This document shows, in pieces, positions 62,098 to 64,000 of a stretch of 64,000 nt of DNA. The number at the start of each line of letters is the position of its first letter. The first letter of the stretch is position 1. This DNA is from Acidimicrobiales bacterium (GTDB lineage: Bacteria > Actinomycetota > Acidimicrobiia > Acidimicrobiales > Ilumatobacteraceae), in the NCBI GenBank assembly GCA_046331225.1, contig JAXLRF010000005.1, positions 166,647 to 230,646 on the forward strand, in the 5' to 3' direction. The position numbers and the translations under genes are program-made. The notes beneath the pieces were generated by a model. That model was not told the origin of the DNA, did not search any database, and saw only the letters and a program-made list of their open reading frames with translations.

Positions 62098-64000
62098 ATG
62101 GCTGGGAATCAGAGCGACCGCGCGCGCACGAGCGGCCAGGGAGAGGGTGCTCGGCGAGCGACGCGGCGTCTCGTCCGCGTCGTCGTCGACCTCTCGGTGG
62201 CTGCCGTGGCGTTCACCTCGACCCTCGTCGTCGGGACGACCGCGGTCGAGGTGAGCGCCGGCGAGCAGGTGCCCTGTGGCTACGGCTTGTACTGCGGCCC
62301 GCTCGACATCACCACCGCACCGATCCGTACCTGGGAGCCGTGGGACCGGATCATCCAACCGAACACGCCGGCCGAGACCGCCGACGGTCAGGTCGATTCG
62401 TCCATCGCGTGGGAAGGGCTCGAGGCCGAAGCCCGCGCCGCGGTCGCAGCGCTCCACGGGGTGCCCAACGATCGTCGCATCGTCGAGAACGCGCGTGACG
62501 AGGTGATCGCGTACATGTTCGACCAGCTGGTCTCGATCCTGGCGCGCGAGAAGAACGGACAGCCGGTCACCGCCGTCGAACGTGGCTGGGCCGATCATCT
62601 GCAGCGCGAGGTGAAATCGGCTCGCATCGCCGAGGCCGAACGTGCCCTGAGCGAGTACGCCCGTTGGCAGTCGGATCCGTGCAACTTCCAGCCGCCGAGC
62701 GGTTTCGGGTTCGCCGCATACGTCCCCGGGGCGTTCTCGAAGTGTGCCGAGAACGGCACGGGGTCGACCATCCTCCCCGCGCCGCCGACCGCTGAGCAGT
62801 TCGCTGCGTACGGTGCGGCGCTGTCCCAGGATCCCGGGATGTCGAACGCGGACGCGGCGGCGGCGTGGGTGAACGCCGGACAGACGATCCTGATGTTCGG
62901 TGGAGCAGCGGCCGGCGCGAGCTACGCCGCGATCCTGGCCGAGCTGATCGCGATCAGTCCCGAGTTCGCGACGGCGATCGTCAACGCCATCGGTTCGAGC
63001 GCTGCGTCCGAGTTCGTGATCGTCGGCGCCGGCGGCGGCACGATCCCGGTCGACTCGGCGGCGGTCGCTGGTGTCGCGACGGCCGCTGCGTTCAGCGCTG
63101 CCGTCGCGATCGCGGTCGCCGTCGCGGTCACGATCGCGGGCACGTGGCGAGAGATCGCCACCGCAGAGGTGCCGGTGAAGCTCGACAAGTTCCGCACCGA
63201 CGCGGAGGCCGCCGTGCCGACACCCGCGGCGATCCTCGCGAACGACCACAGCCTGAGCGAGGCGTTCGGCGTGCTCTTCTCCGAAGCGGCGCCGACGTTC
63301 GAGGCCGAACGGCTGGCGGCGAGCACTCCCGCGGCACACGACCCGGCGAGCGACCCGGAGTGGATCCTCGGCAATGGCACACGGGCGGCGGAGCTGCGGT
63401 CGATCAGCTGGGACGGTCTGGTGCAGCGCACGTACATGGCCGACGGCTGGTTCGTCACCAGCACCGACTTCGGTCCCTACGAATGGACGGGCACGCTCAG
63501 GTTCCGCGGGCCGGGCGGTGGCTTCGACTCGGCGTTCCTCCAAGGAGACCGAATGGTGGTGGATCGAGCGCCGCGTTCGACAGCGGAGGCCCGCAGCGTG
63601 GTCCTGAGCGACACCATCGTCGTCGACGATCTCAGCCCGACCGGCCAGACCGTCCGCATCGTGGGCAACCACGCGCCCAGCTTGGCGCCGACGATCACGT
63701 CGGACGTGCAGGAGGGAACCTCGTTCACCATGCGCGCGAACGCGACCGATGCGGACGGCGACCAGGTACAGGTGCACTGGCTGTTGCAGCCGCAGTGGAA
63801 CACCGCATTGATCAAGAGCTGCGTCGACAGCCCGTACTCGGCACCCGGCGTCTCGACCTGCGCATGGGCTCGCGCCGACGGTGACACCCTGACGTGGACC
63901 TACGACCAGGAGGGCCGCTACCTCGTCCGCGTGTTCGCAGTGGACGCCACCGGCGCCACCACCGAGCAGCGGTTCGACGTCCTCGTCGGCAACGTCGCGC
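62098..64000 (+). CDS. Large membrane/surface protein with a PKD-like domain (3' end outside the window; not in the supplied ORF track)
   Basis: My own translation from the ATG at 62098 is stop-free to nt 64000. It has an N-terminal anchor (LVRVVVDLSVAAVAFTSTLVVG), a central hydrophobic block (AAVAGVATAAAFSAAVAIAVAVAVTIAG), and a PKD-like repeat (VQEGTSFTMRANATDADGDQVQVHW...TWTYDQEGRYLVRVFAVDATG). The 630 aa minus-strand ORF 61885-63777 is its shadow. Confidence 0.7.
   Translation, partial: MAGNQSDRARTSGQGEGARRATRRLVRVVVDLSVAAVAFTSTLVVGTTAVEVSAGEQVPCGYGLYCGPLDITTAPIRTWEPWDRIIQPNTPAETADGQVDSSIAWEGLEAEARAAVAALHGVPNDRRIVENARDEVIAYMFDQLVSILAREKNGQPVTAVERGWADHLQREVKSARIAEAERALSEYARWQSDPCNFQPPSGFGFAAYVPGAFSKCAENGTGSTILPAPPTAEQFAAYGAALSQDPGMSNADAAAAWVNAGQTILMFGGAAAGASYAAILAELIAISPEFATAIVNAIGSSAASEFVIVGAGGGTIPVDSAAVAGVATAAAFSAAVAIAVAVAVTIAGTWREIATAEVPVKLDKFRTDAEAAVPTPAAILANDHSLSEAFGVLFSEAAPTFEAERLAASTPAAHDPASDPEWILGNGTRAAELRSISWDGLVQRTYMADGWFVTSTDFGPYEWTGTLRFRGPGGGFDSAFLQGDRMVVDRAPRSTAEARSVVLSDTIVVDDLSPTGQTVRIVGNHAPSLAPTITSDVQEGTSFTMRANATDADGDQVQVHWLLQPQWNTALIKSCVDSPYSAPGVSTCAWARADGDTLTWTYDQEGRYLVRVFAVDATGATTEQRFDVLVGNVA

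Overview
This is a very GC-rich window (about 70% by eye, not computed). It is gene-dense, and its gene content looks like core chromosome of an Actinomycetota-type organism. Supporting genes are a SenX3/RegX3-like pair after pstB-phoU, an MscR-like mycothiol-type dehydrogenase, class II HelD, Lhr, class E-like sortases, hemE-hemH-hemY, and DUF4190/DUF4328 membrane proteins.

I support about 58 protein-coding genes, many joined by 1-4 nt start/stop overlaps (ATGA/GTGA). I see no rRNA, tRNA, CRISPR array, transposase, integrase or phage genes. Many long ORFs in the supplied track are antisense or out-of-frame shadows typical of high-GC DNA, and I did not call them.

Main blocks, in order:
- Phosphate signalling: pstB-phoU-senX3-regX3.
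- moaE, a small transmembrane (TM) protein and mreB.
- Lipid and acyl-CoA genes.
- An aldehyde dehydrogenase locus carrying a recent ~1.06 kb segmental duplication.
- An operon of aldose epimerase, GT4, methyltransferase and a prenyltransferase-like protein.
- hemE-hemH-hemY-sortase-lnt.
- A membrane HD-GYP protein.
- Three helicases (HelD, an SF2 helicase, Lhr) around a GAF-PAS sensor.
- A complete System I cytochrome c maturation operon (ccmABCDEFGHI).
- mrp, an ArsR-like regulator and mscR.
- A large PKD-containing surface protein that runs off the window end and is absent from the ORF track.

The most unusual signals are:
1. The 99%-identical direct repeat 18785-19843 / 20410-21474. It duplicates a small Tat-like, poly-Gly secreted protein gene and created a chimeric ORF (aldehyde dehydrogenase N-terminus fused to an unrelated fragment).
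2. A family of ~60-70 nt GC-rich palindromic units (arm consensus GTYCTGGGYGCCAC). It is found only at that locus and, as a double unit, in the 222-bp convergent gap at 58568-58789.
3. A System I ccm operon in an actinobacterial-type genome.

I did not find a convincing defence-type or other clearly novel multi-gene system. The candidate novel items are reported with modest scores.
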